Shown piece by piece: positions 39,990 through 50,768 of a DNA stretch of 64,000 nucleotides. Origin of the DNA: an uncultured Chlamydiales bacterium (GTDB lineage: Bacteria; Chlamydiota; Chlamydiia; Chlamydiales; Rhabdochlamydiaceae); contig CAVPVU010000002.1 in the NCBI GenBank assembly GCA_963709365.1, positions 319,594 to 383,593 on the forward strand, in the 5' to 3' direction. Positions within the stretch are counted from its first letter, which is position 1. Each line of letters begins with the position of its first letter. Below the pieces are notes generated by a model. The model was not told the DNA's origin and did no database searches. It saw nothing but the letters and a program-made list of their open reading frames with translations. Position numbers and translations under genes: made by a program.

Positions 39990-41210
39990 ATGGCAACCAG
40001 AGCTGTAACACAAGCGCGTGCTCCCAGAGATGCTGCGCCTGCACTTCCAGAACAAGCGAGGGTCGATTTCACACAAGCGCCAGAACTATGCACGCAATTT
40101 TGGCAAGCCTGCGGTAGCGAACCCGCTTTGGCATGCTATGTTCGGCAGCTGCCGGCCGATCTTCAGACAGATGTAGAACGAGTCAGCGCACTTTATGAGA
40201 GAATCGTCCGACGAGCTGTTTCGTTGAGTGATTCATTTCCTGCTCCATTTAATGTAGACTTTGATGCAAGACTTAACGTGGCGCGCCTATCTATATTTTC
40301 AAAGACGACAGACATTCATACTTTTTTTACAGCTGTCTGTGCGGAATCTCGCGCTGCTGAAACGCTTAGGAAATCTTTGAACCCGTTTAAGACTCAACTA
40401 GAGTTAGCAAATGAAATTACAGACTGGATGGGCAAAAATCCCACCGAGCTTGAGCAGATCCAAAAACTCGATCTTAGCGACTGTCAGTTAACGCACATTC
40501 CATCACGAATTGGCTTATTTACAAATTTAATCTCGCTTAAACTCCACCGAAACAACCTCACAACTCTTCCTGCTGAAATTGGAAATTGTACTGCTCTCGA
40601 AAGTTTGATTCTTACCGAAAACCTGCTCACTGAGCTGCCTGCTCAGATTGCACGCTGTGCCAACCTGCGAGTTATCGATATTGCACATAATCAGTTCACA
40701 ATTTTTCCGCCTCATCTCAGAGGATGTAGAGCCTTAGAGGGAATCAGCGTTAACGGCAACCAGCTAGCTGTTCTGCCTGATTGGATCAGTGAATACGCAT
40801 CCTTACAGTCACTTACGGCTGGCGCCAATCAGCTTACAGTTGTGCCACGCGTATACGGTCTGCCCCTTCGCACGCTTCTTCTTCCTCACAATCAGATCAC
40901 TGAGCTGCCCGCTGAGCTCGGTCAATGCTCAGAGTTAGGAATTCTCGACGTTTCACACAACCAGATCGCAGCCAACCGTGCTGTGATCGCACGTCTGTTC
41001 TCGCATCCTTTGCAAGAACTTCTGATCGAAGGAAATCCCGGAACTCTCCAAATAGAAGATCCCGTGGATCTCGAGCCGCAGAATCCTGAAGCAGAGCAGC
41101 CACGCACCTGCTGGCAGCTGATCCTAGACAGCATCTGCTCTGCTGTTTCATGGGTGAGTGAGCAGCTTATGCATCTTATTCAACAAATCGCTCAACTTTG
41201 CAGGAGATAA
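39990..41210 (+). CDS. LRR protein, divergent founder copy (L1) of the tandem family
   Basis: Same three-part architecture as L2-L11 (conserved N-domain motifs QFWQACGSEPALACYV...YERIVRR; LRRs LxxLxLxxNxLTxLPAEIGNC; C-terminal LLIEGNPG...LMHLIQQIAQLCRR) but only ~40% identical. Confidence 0.75.
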   Translation: MATRAVTQARAPRDAAPALPEQARVDFTQAPELCTQFWQACGSEPALACYVRQLPADLQTDVERVSALYERIVRRAVSLSDSFPAPFNVDFDARLNVARLSIFSKTTDIHTFFTAVCAESRAAETLRKSLNPFKTQLELANEITDWMGKNPTELEQIQKLDLSDCQLTHIPSRIGLFTNLISLKLHRNNLTTLPAEIGNCTALESLILTENLLTELPAQIARCANLRVIDIAHNQFTIFPPHLRGCRALEGISVNGNQLAVLPDWISEYASLQSLTAGANQLTVVPRVYGLPLRTLLLPHNQITELPAELGQCSELGILDVSHNQIAANRAVIARLFSHPLQELLIEGNPGTLQIEDPVDLEPQNPEAEQPRTCWQLILDSICSAVSWVSEQLMHLIQQIAQLCRR

Positions 41211-41213
41211 ACG

Positions 41214-42450
41214 ATGGCTGCAGCTATTGGACCTAGAGACCCTGAAGCATATACACAGATTTGGCAGTCGTATGGGCGCGAGCCTCTTCTTGCAAGTTTT
41301 GTTCAAGAGGCTTCGGCTCACAATCTTCCAACAGATACCCAGAGCGTCAGGAGAGTTTATGATCGAGTTATGGAAAGAACTAGAAGCGTAAATGTTCCCA
41401 TTTCTGCTCCTGCTCAGGATCCAACTTCACTCGATGCGTCAAGGCTATCCGCTCTACTCCGAGCGGCGGATGTTTGCACCTTTTTTAAAGCTATCTTCAA
41501 CCAATGTCCTGAGACAGCATCTTGGTGGGTGACTGTACAAGGTGATCTAGAGGCCAGAGCAGCTGCAGCGACTAATTGGATGCAGCTGCATCCTGCACAG
41601 CTCGCAAATATACAATTACTCGAATTAAGGGAATTAAATCTAACGCATCTTCCACCAGAGATCGGCTTATTTACTGGGCTAAGAATTATTCGTCTTGAGT
41701 CTAATAAGCTTAGATTCCTTCCTGTAGAGCTTGGGCAGTGCCAGCAGTTGAAGCAGCTCAATCTTTCACATAATCAGCTGACGGCTGTTCCAGCAGGGCT
41801 TGGGCAGTGCCAGCAGTTGTGGCGTATCTCGACCTTTCGCATAATCAGCTGACGACTGTTCCAGCAGAGCTTGGGCAGTGCCAGCGTTTGAGGTGCTCGA
41901 TCTTTCACATAATCAGCTAACGGCTGTTCCAGCAGAGCTTGGGCAGTGCCAGCAGTTGAGGGGACTCGATCTTTCACATAATCAGCTGACGACTGTTCCA
42001 GCAACGCTTGGGCAGTGCCAGCGTTTGGCGCGGCTCTATCTTTCACATAATCAGTTGACGACTGTTCCAGTAGAGCTTGGGCAGTGCCAGCAGTTGGAGT
42101 GGCTCAATCTTTCACATAATCAGCTGACGATTGTTCCAGCAGAGCTTGGGCAGTGCCAGCGCTTGGAGTGGCTCTATCTTTCAGATAATCAGCTAACGAC
42201 TGTTCCAGCAGAGCTTGGGCAATGCCAGCAGTTGTGGTGGCTCGATCTTTCACATAATCAAATAGCTCTAGATCGCGAAGATATTTTGCGCATCCGAAAT
42301 TTCCAACAGCTCTTGTTTGATGGAAATCCCGGACGCCCGCTGCCAACCTGCTGGCAGCAGATGGTAAATCTATTTTGGTTTGCTGTTTCGTGGATTAAAG
42401 AGCAGGCTTTGAAAATGGTTGAGCGGATAGCTCAACTCTGCGAGAGGTAA
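41214..42450 (+). pseudogene. LRR family copy L2 (MAAAIGPRDPEAYTQIW start variant); frameshifts near 41820-41880
   Basis: ORFs 41214-41852 and 41878-42450 are contiguous in different frames. The 69-bp units are altered (tggcgtatctcgacctttcgcat, gaggtgctcg). Confidence 0.65.
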
Positions 42451-42453
42451 GGA

Positions 42454-43643
42454 ATGGCTACTACACAGATTTGGCAGTCGTATGGGCGCGAGCCTCTTCT
42501 TGCAAGTTATGTTCAAGAAGTTTCGGCTCACAATCTTCCGACAGATACCCAGCGCGTCAGGAGAGTTTATGAACGAGTTATGGAAAGAGTTAGAAGCGTA
42601 AATGTTCCCATTCCCGCTCCCGCCCAGGATCCAACTTCACTCGATGCGTCAAGGCTATCCGCTCTACTCCGAGCGGCGGATGTTTGCACCTTTTTTAAAG
42701 CTATCTTCAACCAATGTCCTGAGACAGCATCTTGGTGGGAGACTGTACAAGGAGATCTAGAGGCCAGAGCAGCTGCAGCGACTAATTGGATGCAGCTGCA
42801 TCCTGCACAGCTCGCAAGTATAGAACGCCTCGAATTGAATGGATTAAATCTAACGCATCTTCCACCCCAAATCGGCTTATTTACTGGGCTAAGAACTATT
42901 CATCTTGAGTCTAATAAGCTTAGATTCCTTCCTGTAGAGCTAGGGCAGTGCCAGCAGTTGAGGTGTCTCGCTCTTTCACATAATCCGCTAACGACTGTTC
43001 CAGCAGAGCTTGGGCAGTGCCAGCAGTTGCAGTGGCTCTATCTTCCACAAAACAGCTGACGACTGTTCCAGCAGAGTTGGGCAGTGCCAGATGATCTCAT
43101 CAAATAATGAGCTGACGATTGTTCCAGCAGAGCTTGGGCAGTGCCAGCAGTTAGAGGCGCTCTATCTTCCGCACAATCAGCTGACGACTGCTCCAGCAGA
43201 GCTTGGGCAGTGCCAGCAGTTGTGGCGGCTCGATCTTTCACATAATCAGCTGACGACTGTTCCAGCAGAGCTAGGGCAGTGCCAGCAGTTGGGGGGGCTC
43301 TCTCTTTCACATAATCAGCTGACGGCTGTTCCAGCAGAACTTGGGCAGTGCCAGCGGTTGGGAAGGCTCGATCTTTCACATAATCAGCTGACGACTGTTC
43401 CAGCAGAGCTTGGGCAATGCCTGCAGTTGTGGCATCTCGACCTTTCACATAATCAGATTGCCTTAGATCGCGAAGATATTTTGCGCATCCGAAATTTCCA
43501 ACAGCTCTTGTTCGATGAAAATCCCGGACGCCCGCAAAACCTGCTGGCAGCAGATGGTAAATCTATTTTGGTTTGCTGTTTCGTGGATTAAAGAGCAGGC
43601 TTTGAAAATGGTTGAGCGGATAGCTCAACTCTGCGAGAGGTAA
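42454..43643 (+). pseudogene. LRR family copy L3; degraded/frameshifted near 43040-43100 and near the 3' end
   Basis: ORFs 42454-43059 and 43010-43591. The canonical ...AQLCER stop at 43641-43643 is out of frame. Closely related to L8. Confidence 0.65.
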
Positions 43644-43646
43644 GGA

Positions 43647-44850
43647 ATGGCTACTACACAGATTTGGCAGTCGTATGGGCGCGAGCCTCTTCTTGCAAGT
43701 TATGTTCAAGAAGTTTCGGCTCACAATCTTCCGACAGATACCCAGCGCGTCAGGAGAGTTTATGAACGAGTTATGGAAAGAGTTAGAAGCGTAAATGTTC
43801 CCATTCCCGCTCCCGCCCAGGATCCAACTTCACTCGATACGTCAAGGCTATCCGCTCTACTCCGAGCGGCGGATGTTTGCACCTTTTTTAAAGCTATCTT
43901 CAACCAATGTCCTGAGACAGCATCTTGGTGGGAGACTGTACAAGGAGATCTAGAGGCCAGAGCAGCTGCGGCGACTAATTGGATGCAGCAGCATCCTGCA
44001 CAGCTTGCAAGTATACAACGCCTCGAATTGAATGAATTAAATCTAACGCATCTTCCACCAGAGATCGGCTTATTTACTGGGCTAAGAGTTATCCATCTTG
44101 AGTCTAATAAGCTTAGATTCCTTCCTGTAGAGCTTGGGCAGTGCCAGCAGTTGTGGTGGCTCGATCTTTCACATAATCAACTGACGACTGTTCCAGCAGA
44201 GCTTGGGCAGTGCCAGCAGTTGAGGGAGCTCAATCTTTCACATAATCAGCTGACGACTGTTCCATCAGAGCTTGGGCAGTGCCAACGCTTGAATTTGCTC
44301 TATCTTGCACATAATCAGCTGACGACTGTTCCAGCAGAGCTTGTGCAGTGCCAGCAGTTGAGGTGGCTCGATCTTTCACATAATCAGCTGACGACTGTTC
44401 CAGCAGAGCTTGGGCAGTGCCAGCAGTTGAGGTGGCTCGATCTTCACATAATCAACTGACGGCTGTTCCAACAGAGCTAGGGCAGTGCCAGCAGTTGGAG
44501 TGGCTCGCTCTTTCACATAATCAGCTGACGACTGTTCCAGCAGAGCTTGGGCAGTGCCAGCACCTTGGGGCGGCTCGATCTTTCACATAATCAGCTGACG
44601 ACTGTTCCAGCAGAGCTTGGGCAATGCCAGCAGTTGTGGTGGCTCGATCTTTCACATAATCAAATAGCTCTAGATCGCGAAGATATTTTGCGCATCCGAA
44701 ATTTCCAACAGCTCTTGTTTGATGGAAATCCCGGACGCCCGCACAACCTGCTGGCAGCAGATGGTAAATCTATTTTGGTTTGCTGTTTCGTGGATTAAAG
44801 AGCAGGCTTTGAAAATGGTTGAGCGGATAGCTCAACTCTGCGAGAGGTAA
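43647..44850 (+). pseudogene. LRR family copy L4; frameshifts near 44440-44550 and near the 3' end
   Basis: ORFs 43647-44459 and 44547-44798. The canonical stop at 44848-44850 is out of frame. Confidence 0.65.
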
Positions 44851-44853
44851 GGA

Positions 44854-45988
44854 ATGGCTACTACACAGATTTGGCAGTCGTATGGGCGCGAGCCTCTTCT
44901 TGCAAGTTATGTTCAAGAAGTTTCGGCTCACAATCTTCCGACAGATACCCAGCGCGTCAGGAGAGTTTATGAACGAGTTATGGAAAGAATTAGAAGCGTA
45001 AAATGTTCCCATTTCTGCTCCTGCTCAGGATCCAACTTCACTCGATGCGTCAAGGTTATCCGCTCTACTCCGAGCTGCAGACGTTTGTACCTTTTTTAAA
45101 GCTATTTTCAACCGATGTCCTGAGGCAGCATCTTGGTGGGAGACTGTACAAGGAGATCTAGAGGCCAGAGCAGCTGCGGCGACTAATTGGATGCAGCTGC
45201 ATCCTGCACAGCTTGCAAGTATAGAACGCCTCGAATTGAATGAATTAAATCTAACGCATCTTCCACCAGAGATCGGCTTATTTACTGGGCTAAGAGTTAT
45301 TCATCTTGAGTCTAATAAGCTTAGATTCCTTCCTGTAGAGCTCGGGCAGTGCCAGCAGTTGAGGTGGCTCGATCTTTCACATAATCAGCTGACGACTGTT
45401 CCAGCAGAGCTTGGGCAGTGCCAGCAGTTGAGGCGGCTCGATCTTTCACATAATCAGCTGACGACTGTTCCAGCAGAGCTTGGGCAGTGCCAGCAGTTGA
45501 GGGTGCTCGCTCTTTCACATAATCAGCTGACGACTGTTCCAGCAGAGCTTGGGCAGTGCCAGCGGTTGAGATTCGCTCGATCTTCCGCATAATCAGCTGA
45601 CGACTGTTCCAGCAGAGCTTGGGCAGTGCCAGCAGTTGTGGTGGCTCGATCTTTCACATAATCAGCTGACGACTATTCCAGCAGAGCTTGGGCAGTGCCA
45701 GCAGTTGAGCGGCTCTATCTTTCACATAATCAGCTGACGACTGTTCCAGCAGAGCTCGGGCAGTGCCAGCAGTTGAGGTGGCTCTATCTTACACATAATC
45801 AGATAGCTCTAGATCGCGAAGATATTTTGCGTATTCGAAATTTCCAACAGCTCTTGTTTGATGGAAATCCCGGGCGCCCGCAAACCTGCTGGCAGCAGAT
45901 GGTAAATCTATTTTGGTTTGCTGTTTCGTGGATTAAAGAGCAGGCTTTGAAAATGGTTGAGCGGATAGCTCAACTCTGCGAGAGGTAA
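44854..45988 (+). pseudogene. LRR family copy L5; several frameshifts
   Basis: The gene is covered by three partial ORFs: 44854-45099, 45191-45592 and 45695-45988. Confidence 0.65.
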
Positions 45989-45991
45989 GGA

Positions 45992-47116
45992 ATGGCTACT
46001 ACACAGATTTGGCAGTCGTATGGGCGCGAGCCTCTTCTTGCAAGTTATGTTCAAGAAGTTTCGGCTCACAATCTTCCGACAGATACCCAGCGCGTCAGGA
46101 GAGTTTATGAACGAGTTATGGAAAGAGTTAGAAGCGTAAATGTTCCCATTTCCGCTCCCGCCCAGGATCCAACTTCACTCGATGCGTCAAGGCTATCCGC
46201 TCTACTCCGAGCGGCGGATGTTTGCACCTTTTTTAAAGCTATCTTCAACCAATGTCCTGACGCAGCATCTTGGTGGGAGACTGTACAAGGAGATCTAGAG
46301 GCCAGAGCAGCTGCGGCGACTGATTGGATGCAACAGCATCCTGCACAGCTCGAAAGTATACAACGCCTCGAATTGAATGGATTAAATCTAACGCATCTTC
46401 CACCAGAGATCGGCTTATTTACTGGGCTAAGAGTTATTCGTCTTGAGTCTAATAAGCTTAGATTCCTTCCTGTAGAGCTCGGGCAGTGCCGGCAGTTGAG
46501 GTGGCTCGATCTTTCACATAATCAACTGACGACTGTTCCAGCAGAGCTTGGGCAGTGCCAGCAGTTGTGGTGGCTCGATCTTTCACATAATCAACTGACG
46601 ACTGTTCCAGCAGAGCTTGGGCAGTGCCAACGCTTGAATTTGCTCGATCTTTCACATAATCAGCTGACGACTGTTCCATCCGAGCTTGGGCAGTGCCAGC
46701 AGTTGGAGCGGCTCGATCTTTCACATAATCAGCTGACGACTGTTCCAGCAGAGCTTGGGCAGTGCCAGCAGTTGAGGTGGCTCGATCTTTCACATAATCA
46801 ACTGACGACTGTTCCAGCAGAGCTTGGGCAGTGCCAACGCTTGAATTTGCTCTATCTTTCACATAATCAGCTGACGACTGTTCCAGCAGAGCTTGAGCAG
46901 TGCCAGCAGTTGTGGTGGCTCGATCTTGCACATAATCAGATTGCCTTAGATCGCGAAGATATTTTGCGCATCCGAAATTTCCATGTGCTCTTGTTTGATG
47001 GAAATCCCGGACGCACGCAAACCTGCTGGCAGCAGATGGTAAATCTATTTTGGTTTGCTGTTTCGTGGATTAAGAGCAGCTTATGCAGCTTTTCAACAAA
47101 TCGTTTGAGCGGATAA
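45992..47116 (+). CDS. LRR family copy L6 (10 LRR units); C-terminal tail altered by a hybrid junction
   Basis: 374 aa, ending WIKSSLCSFSTNRLSG instead of WIKEQALKMVERIAQLCER. The 3' junction is a mosaic of the two inter-gene spacer variants. Confidence 0.7.
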   Translation: MATTQIWQSYGREPLLASYVQEVSAHNLPTDTQRVRRVYERVMERVRSVNVPISAPAQDPTSLDASRLSALLRAADVCTFFKAIFNQCPDAASWWETVQGDLEARAAAATDWMQQHPAQLESIQRLELNGLNLTHLPPEIGLFTGLRVIRLESNKLRFLPVELGQCRQLRWLDLSHNQLTTVPAELGQCQQLWWLDLSHNQLTTVPAELGQCQRLNLLDLSHNQLTTVPSELGQCQQLERLDLSHNQLTTVPAELGQCQQLRWLDLSHNQLTTVPAELGQCQRLNLLYLSHNQLTTVPAELEQCQQLWWLDLAHNQIALDREDILRIRNFHVLLFDGNPGRTQTCWQQMVNLFWFAVSWIKSSLCSFSTNRLSG

Positions 47117-48351
47117 ACGATGGCTGCAGCTATGCGAGAGATAAAGAATGGCATACTACACAGATTTGGCAGTCGTATGGGCGCGAGCCTCTTCTTGCAA
47201 GTTTTGTTCAAGAGGCTTCGGCTCACAATCTTCCAACAGATACCCAGAGCGTCAGGAGAGTTTATGAACGAGTTATGGAAAGAGTTAGAAGCGTAAATAT
47301 TCCCATTCCCGCTCCTGCCCAGGATCAAACTTCACTCGACATTTCGAGATTATCTGCACTGCTCAAAGCCGCAGATGTCTGCACCTTTTTTAAAGCCATT
47401 TTCAACCAATGTCCTGACGCAGCATCTTGGTGGGAGACTGCACAAGGAGATCTAGAGGACAGAGCAGCTGCGGCGACTAATTGGATGCAGCTGCATCCTG
47501 CACAGCTCGCAAATATAGAATACCTCGAATTGAATGGATTAAATCTAACGCATCTTCCACCGCAAATCGGCTTATTTACTGGGCTAAGAGCTATTCATCT
47601 TGAGTCTAATAAGCTTAGATTCCTTCCTGTAGAGCTAGGGCAGTGCCAGCAGTTGATGTGGCTCTATCTTTCACAAAATCAGCTGACGACTGTTCCAGCA
47701 GAACTTGGGCAGTGCCAGCGGTTGGGAAGGCTCGATCTTTCACATAATCAGCTGACGACTGTTCCAGCAGAGCTAGGGCAGTGCCAACGCTTGAATTTGC
47801 TCTATCTTTCACATAATCAGCTGACGACTGTTCCAGCAGAGCTTGGGCAATGCCAGCAGTTGTGGTGGCTCGATCTTGCACATAATCAACTGACGACTGT
47901 TCCAGCAGAGCTTGGGCAGTGCCAGCAGTTAGAGGCGCTCTATCTTCCGCACAATCAGCTAACGACTGTTCCAGCAGAGCTTGGGCAATGCCAGCAGTTG
48001 TGGTGGCTCGATCTTTCACATAATCAGCTGACGACTATTCCAGCAGAGCTTGGGCAGTGCCAGCAGTTGAGGTGGCTCTATCTTTCACATAATCAGCTGA
48101 CGACTGTTCCAGCAGAGCTCGGGCAGTGCCAGCAGTTGAGGTGGCTCTATCTTGAACATAATCAAATAGCTCTAGATCGCGAAGATATTTTGCGTATTCG
48201 AAATTTCCAACAGCTCTTGTTTGATGGAAATCCCGGGCGCCCGCAAACCTGCTGGCAGCAGATGGTAAATCTATTTTGGTTTGCTGTTTCGTGGATTAAA
48301 GAGCAGGCTTTGAAAATGGTTGAGCGGATAGCTCAACTCTGCGAGAGGTAA
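47083..48351 (+). CDS. LRR family copy L7 (11 LRR units); canonical ATG knocked out of frame by a 1-nt insertion, frame open from an upstream ATG that overlaps L6
   Basis: aatggcAtactacacag versus the canonical aatggctactacacag. The ORF extends upstream to 47083. The remainder is intact through ...AQLCER. Confidence 0.7.
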   Translation: MQLFNKSFERINDGCSYARDKEWHTTQIWQSYGREPLLASFVQEASAHNLPTDTQSVRRVYERVMERVRSVNIPIPAPAQDQTSLDISRLSALLKAADVCTFFKAIFNQCPDAASWWETAQGDLEDRAAAATNWMQLHPAQLANIEYLELNGLNLTHLPPQIGLFTGLRAIHLESNKLRFLPVELGQCQQLMWLYLSQNQLTTVPAELGQCQRLGRLDLSHNQLTTVPAELGQCQRLNLLYLSHNQLTTVPAELGQCQQLWWLDLAHNQLTTVPAELGQCQQLEALYLPHNQLTTVPAELGQCQQLWWLDLSHNQLTTIPAELGQCQQLRWLYLSHNQLTTVPAELGQCQQLRWLYLEHNQIALDREDILRIRNFQQLLFDGNPGRPQTCWQQMVNLFWFAVSWIKEQALKMVERIAQLCER

Positions 48352-48354
48352 GGA

Positions 48355-49559
48355 ATGGCTACTACACAGATTTGGCAGTCGTATGGGCGCGAGCCTCTTC
48401 TTGCAAGTTATGTTCAAGAGGCTTCGGCTTACAATCTTCCGACAAATGACGAGAGTGTCAGGAGAGTTTATGACCGAGTTATGGAAAGAGTTAGAAGCGT
48501 AAATGTTCCCATTCCTGCTCCTGCTCAGGATCCAACTTCACTCGACGCTTCAAGACTATCCGCGCTACTCCGAGCGGCGGATGTTTGCACCTTTTTTAAA
48601 GCTATTTTCAACCAATGTCCTGACGCAGCATCTTGGTGGGAGACTGTACAAGGAGATCTAGAGGCCAGAGCAGCTGCGGCGACTAATTGGATGCAGCTGC
48701 ATCCTGCACAGCTCGCAAGTATAGAACGCCTCGAATTGAATGGATTAAATCTAACGCATCTTCCACCCCAAATCGGCTTATTTACTGGGCTAAGAACTAT
48801 TCATCTTGAGTCTAATAAGCTTAGATTCCTTCCTGTAGAGCTCGGGCAGTGCCAGCAGTTGAGGTGTCTCGCTCTTTCACATAATCCGCTAACGACTGTT
48901 CCAGCAGAGCTTGGGCAGTGCCAGCAGTTGCAGTGGCTCTATCTTCCACAAAATCAGCTGACGACTGTTCCAGCAGAGCTTGGGCAGTGCCAGCAGTTGA
49001 GAGTGCTCGATCTTTCAGATAATCAGCTGACGATTGTTCCAGCAGAGCTTGGGCAGTGCCAGCAGTTAGAGGCGCTCTATCTTCCGCACAATCAGCTGAC
49101 GACTGCTCCAGCAGAGCTTGGGCAGTGCCAGCAGTTGTGGCGGCTCGATCTTTCACATAATCAGCTGACGACTGTTCCAGCAGAGCTAGGGCAGTGCCAG
49201 CAGTTGGGGGGCTCTCTCTTTCACATAATCAGCTGACGACTGTTCCAGCAGAACTTGGGCAGTGCCAGCGGTTGGGAAGGCTCGATCTTTCACATAATCA
49301 GCTGACGACTGTTCCAGCAGAGCTTGGGCAATGCCTGCAGTTGTGGCATCTCGACCTTTCACATAATCAGATTGCCTTAGATCGCGAAGATATTTTGCGC
49401 ATTCGAAATTTCCAACAGCTCTTGTTTGATGGAAATCCCGGACGCCCGCCGCTAACCTGCTGGCAGCAGATGGTAAATCTATTTTGGTTTGCTGTTTCGT
49501 GGATTAAAGAGCAGGCTTTGAAAATAGTTGAGCGGATAGCTCAACTCTGCGGGAGGTAA
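48355..49559 (+). pseudogene. LRR family copy L8; frameshift near 49195-49236
   Basis: ORFs 48355-49236 and 49194-49559; cagttggggggctctctctttc has lost 1 nt relative to L3. Confidence 0.65.
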
Positions 49560-49562
49560 AGA

Positions 49563-50765
49563 ATGGCAACTACACAGATTTGGCAGTCGTATGGGCGCGA
49601 GCCTCTTCTTGCAAGTTTTGTTCAAGAGGCCACAGCTCACAATCTTCCAACAGATACCCAGCGCGTCGGGACAGTTTATGATCGAGTTATGGAAAGAGTT
49701 AGAAGCGTAAATATTCCCATTCCCGCTCCTGCCCAGGATCAAACTTCACTCGACATTTCGAGATTATCTGCACTGCTCAAAGCCGCAGATGTCTGCACCT
49801 TTTTTAAAGCTATTTTCAACCTATGTCCTGACGCAGCATCTTGGTGGGAGACTGTACAAGGAGATCTAGAGGACAGAGCAGCTGCAGCGACTAATTGGAT
49901 GCAGCAGCATCCTGCACAGCTCGCAAATATACAACGCCTTGGATTGAATGGATTAAATCTAACGCATCTTCCACCGCAAATAGGCTTATTTACTGAGCTA
50001 ACAGATATCTATCTTGAGTCTAATAAGCTTACATTCCTTCCGGTAGAGCTCAGGCAATGCCAGCAGTTGACAGTGCTCCATCTTTCAGGTAATCAGCTGA
50101 CAACTGTTCCAGCAGAGCTAGGGCAGTGCCAGTGGTTGAGTGAGCTCGATCTTTCACATAATCAGCTGACGACTGTTCCATCAGAGCTTGGGCAGTGCCA
50201 GCAGTTGGAGCGGCTCGATCTTTCACATAATCAGCTGACGACTGTTCCAGCAGAGCTTGGGCAGTGCCAGCAGTTGAGAGTGCTCGATCTTTCACATAAT
50301 CAGCTGACGACTGTTCCAGCAACGCTTGGGCAGTGCCAGCAGTTGAGAGTGCTCTACCTTGAACATAATCAGTTGACGACTGTTCCAGTAGAGCTTGGGC
50401 AGTGCCAGCAGTTGGAGTGGCTCAATCTTTCACATAATCAGCTGACGATTGTTCCAGCAGAGCTTGGGCAGTGCCAGCGCTTGGAGTGGCTCGATCTTTC
50501 ACATAATCAGCTGACGACTGTTCCAGCAGAGCTTGGGCAGTGCCAGCGGTTGGGAACGCTCGATCTTTCACATAATCAGATTGCCTTAGATCGCGAAGAT
50601 ATTCTGCGCATTCGAGATTTCCCTGTGCTCTTGTTTGATGGAAATCCCGGACGCCCGCAAACCTGCTGGCAGCAAATGGTAAATCTATTTTGGTTGGCTG
50701 TTTCGTGGATTAAAGAGCAGCTTATGCATCTTATTCAACAAATCGCTCAACTTTGCGGGAGATAA
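49563..50765 (+). CDS. LRR family copy L9 (intact, 400 aa, 10 LRR units, LMHLIQQIAQLCGR tail)
   Basis: Uninterrupted ORF with N-domain variant NIPIPAPAQDQTSLDISRLSALLKAADVC. Confidence 0.8.
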   Translation: MATTQIWQSYGREPLLASFVQEATAHNLPTDTQRVGTVYDRVMERVRSVNIPIPAPAQDQTSLDISRLSALLKAADVCTFFKAIFNLCPDAASWWETVQGDLEDRAAAATNWMQQHPAQLANIQRLGLNGLNLTHLPPQIGLFTELTDIYLESNKLTFLPVELRQCQQLTVLHLSGNQLTTVPAELGQCQWLSELDLSHNQLTTVPSELGQCQQLERLDLSHNQLTTVPAELGQCQQLRVLDLSHNQLTTVPATLGQCQQLRVLYLEHNQLTTVPVELGQCQQLEWLNLSHNQLTIVPAELGQCQRLEWLDLSHNQLTTVPAELGQCQRLGTLDLSHNQIALDREDILRIRDFPVLLFDGNPGRPQTCWQQMVNLFWLAVSWIKEQLMHLIQQIAQLCGR

Positions 50766-50768
50766 ACG

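Noticed and set aside
39467-40093. Minus-strand 208-aa ORF overlapping the small hydrophobic protein gene and the start of L1
   Set aside because: Ser/Ala/Thr-rich low-complexity translation. It is antisense to two better-supported plus-strand genes with an RBS and promoter context.
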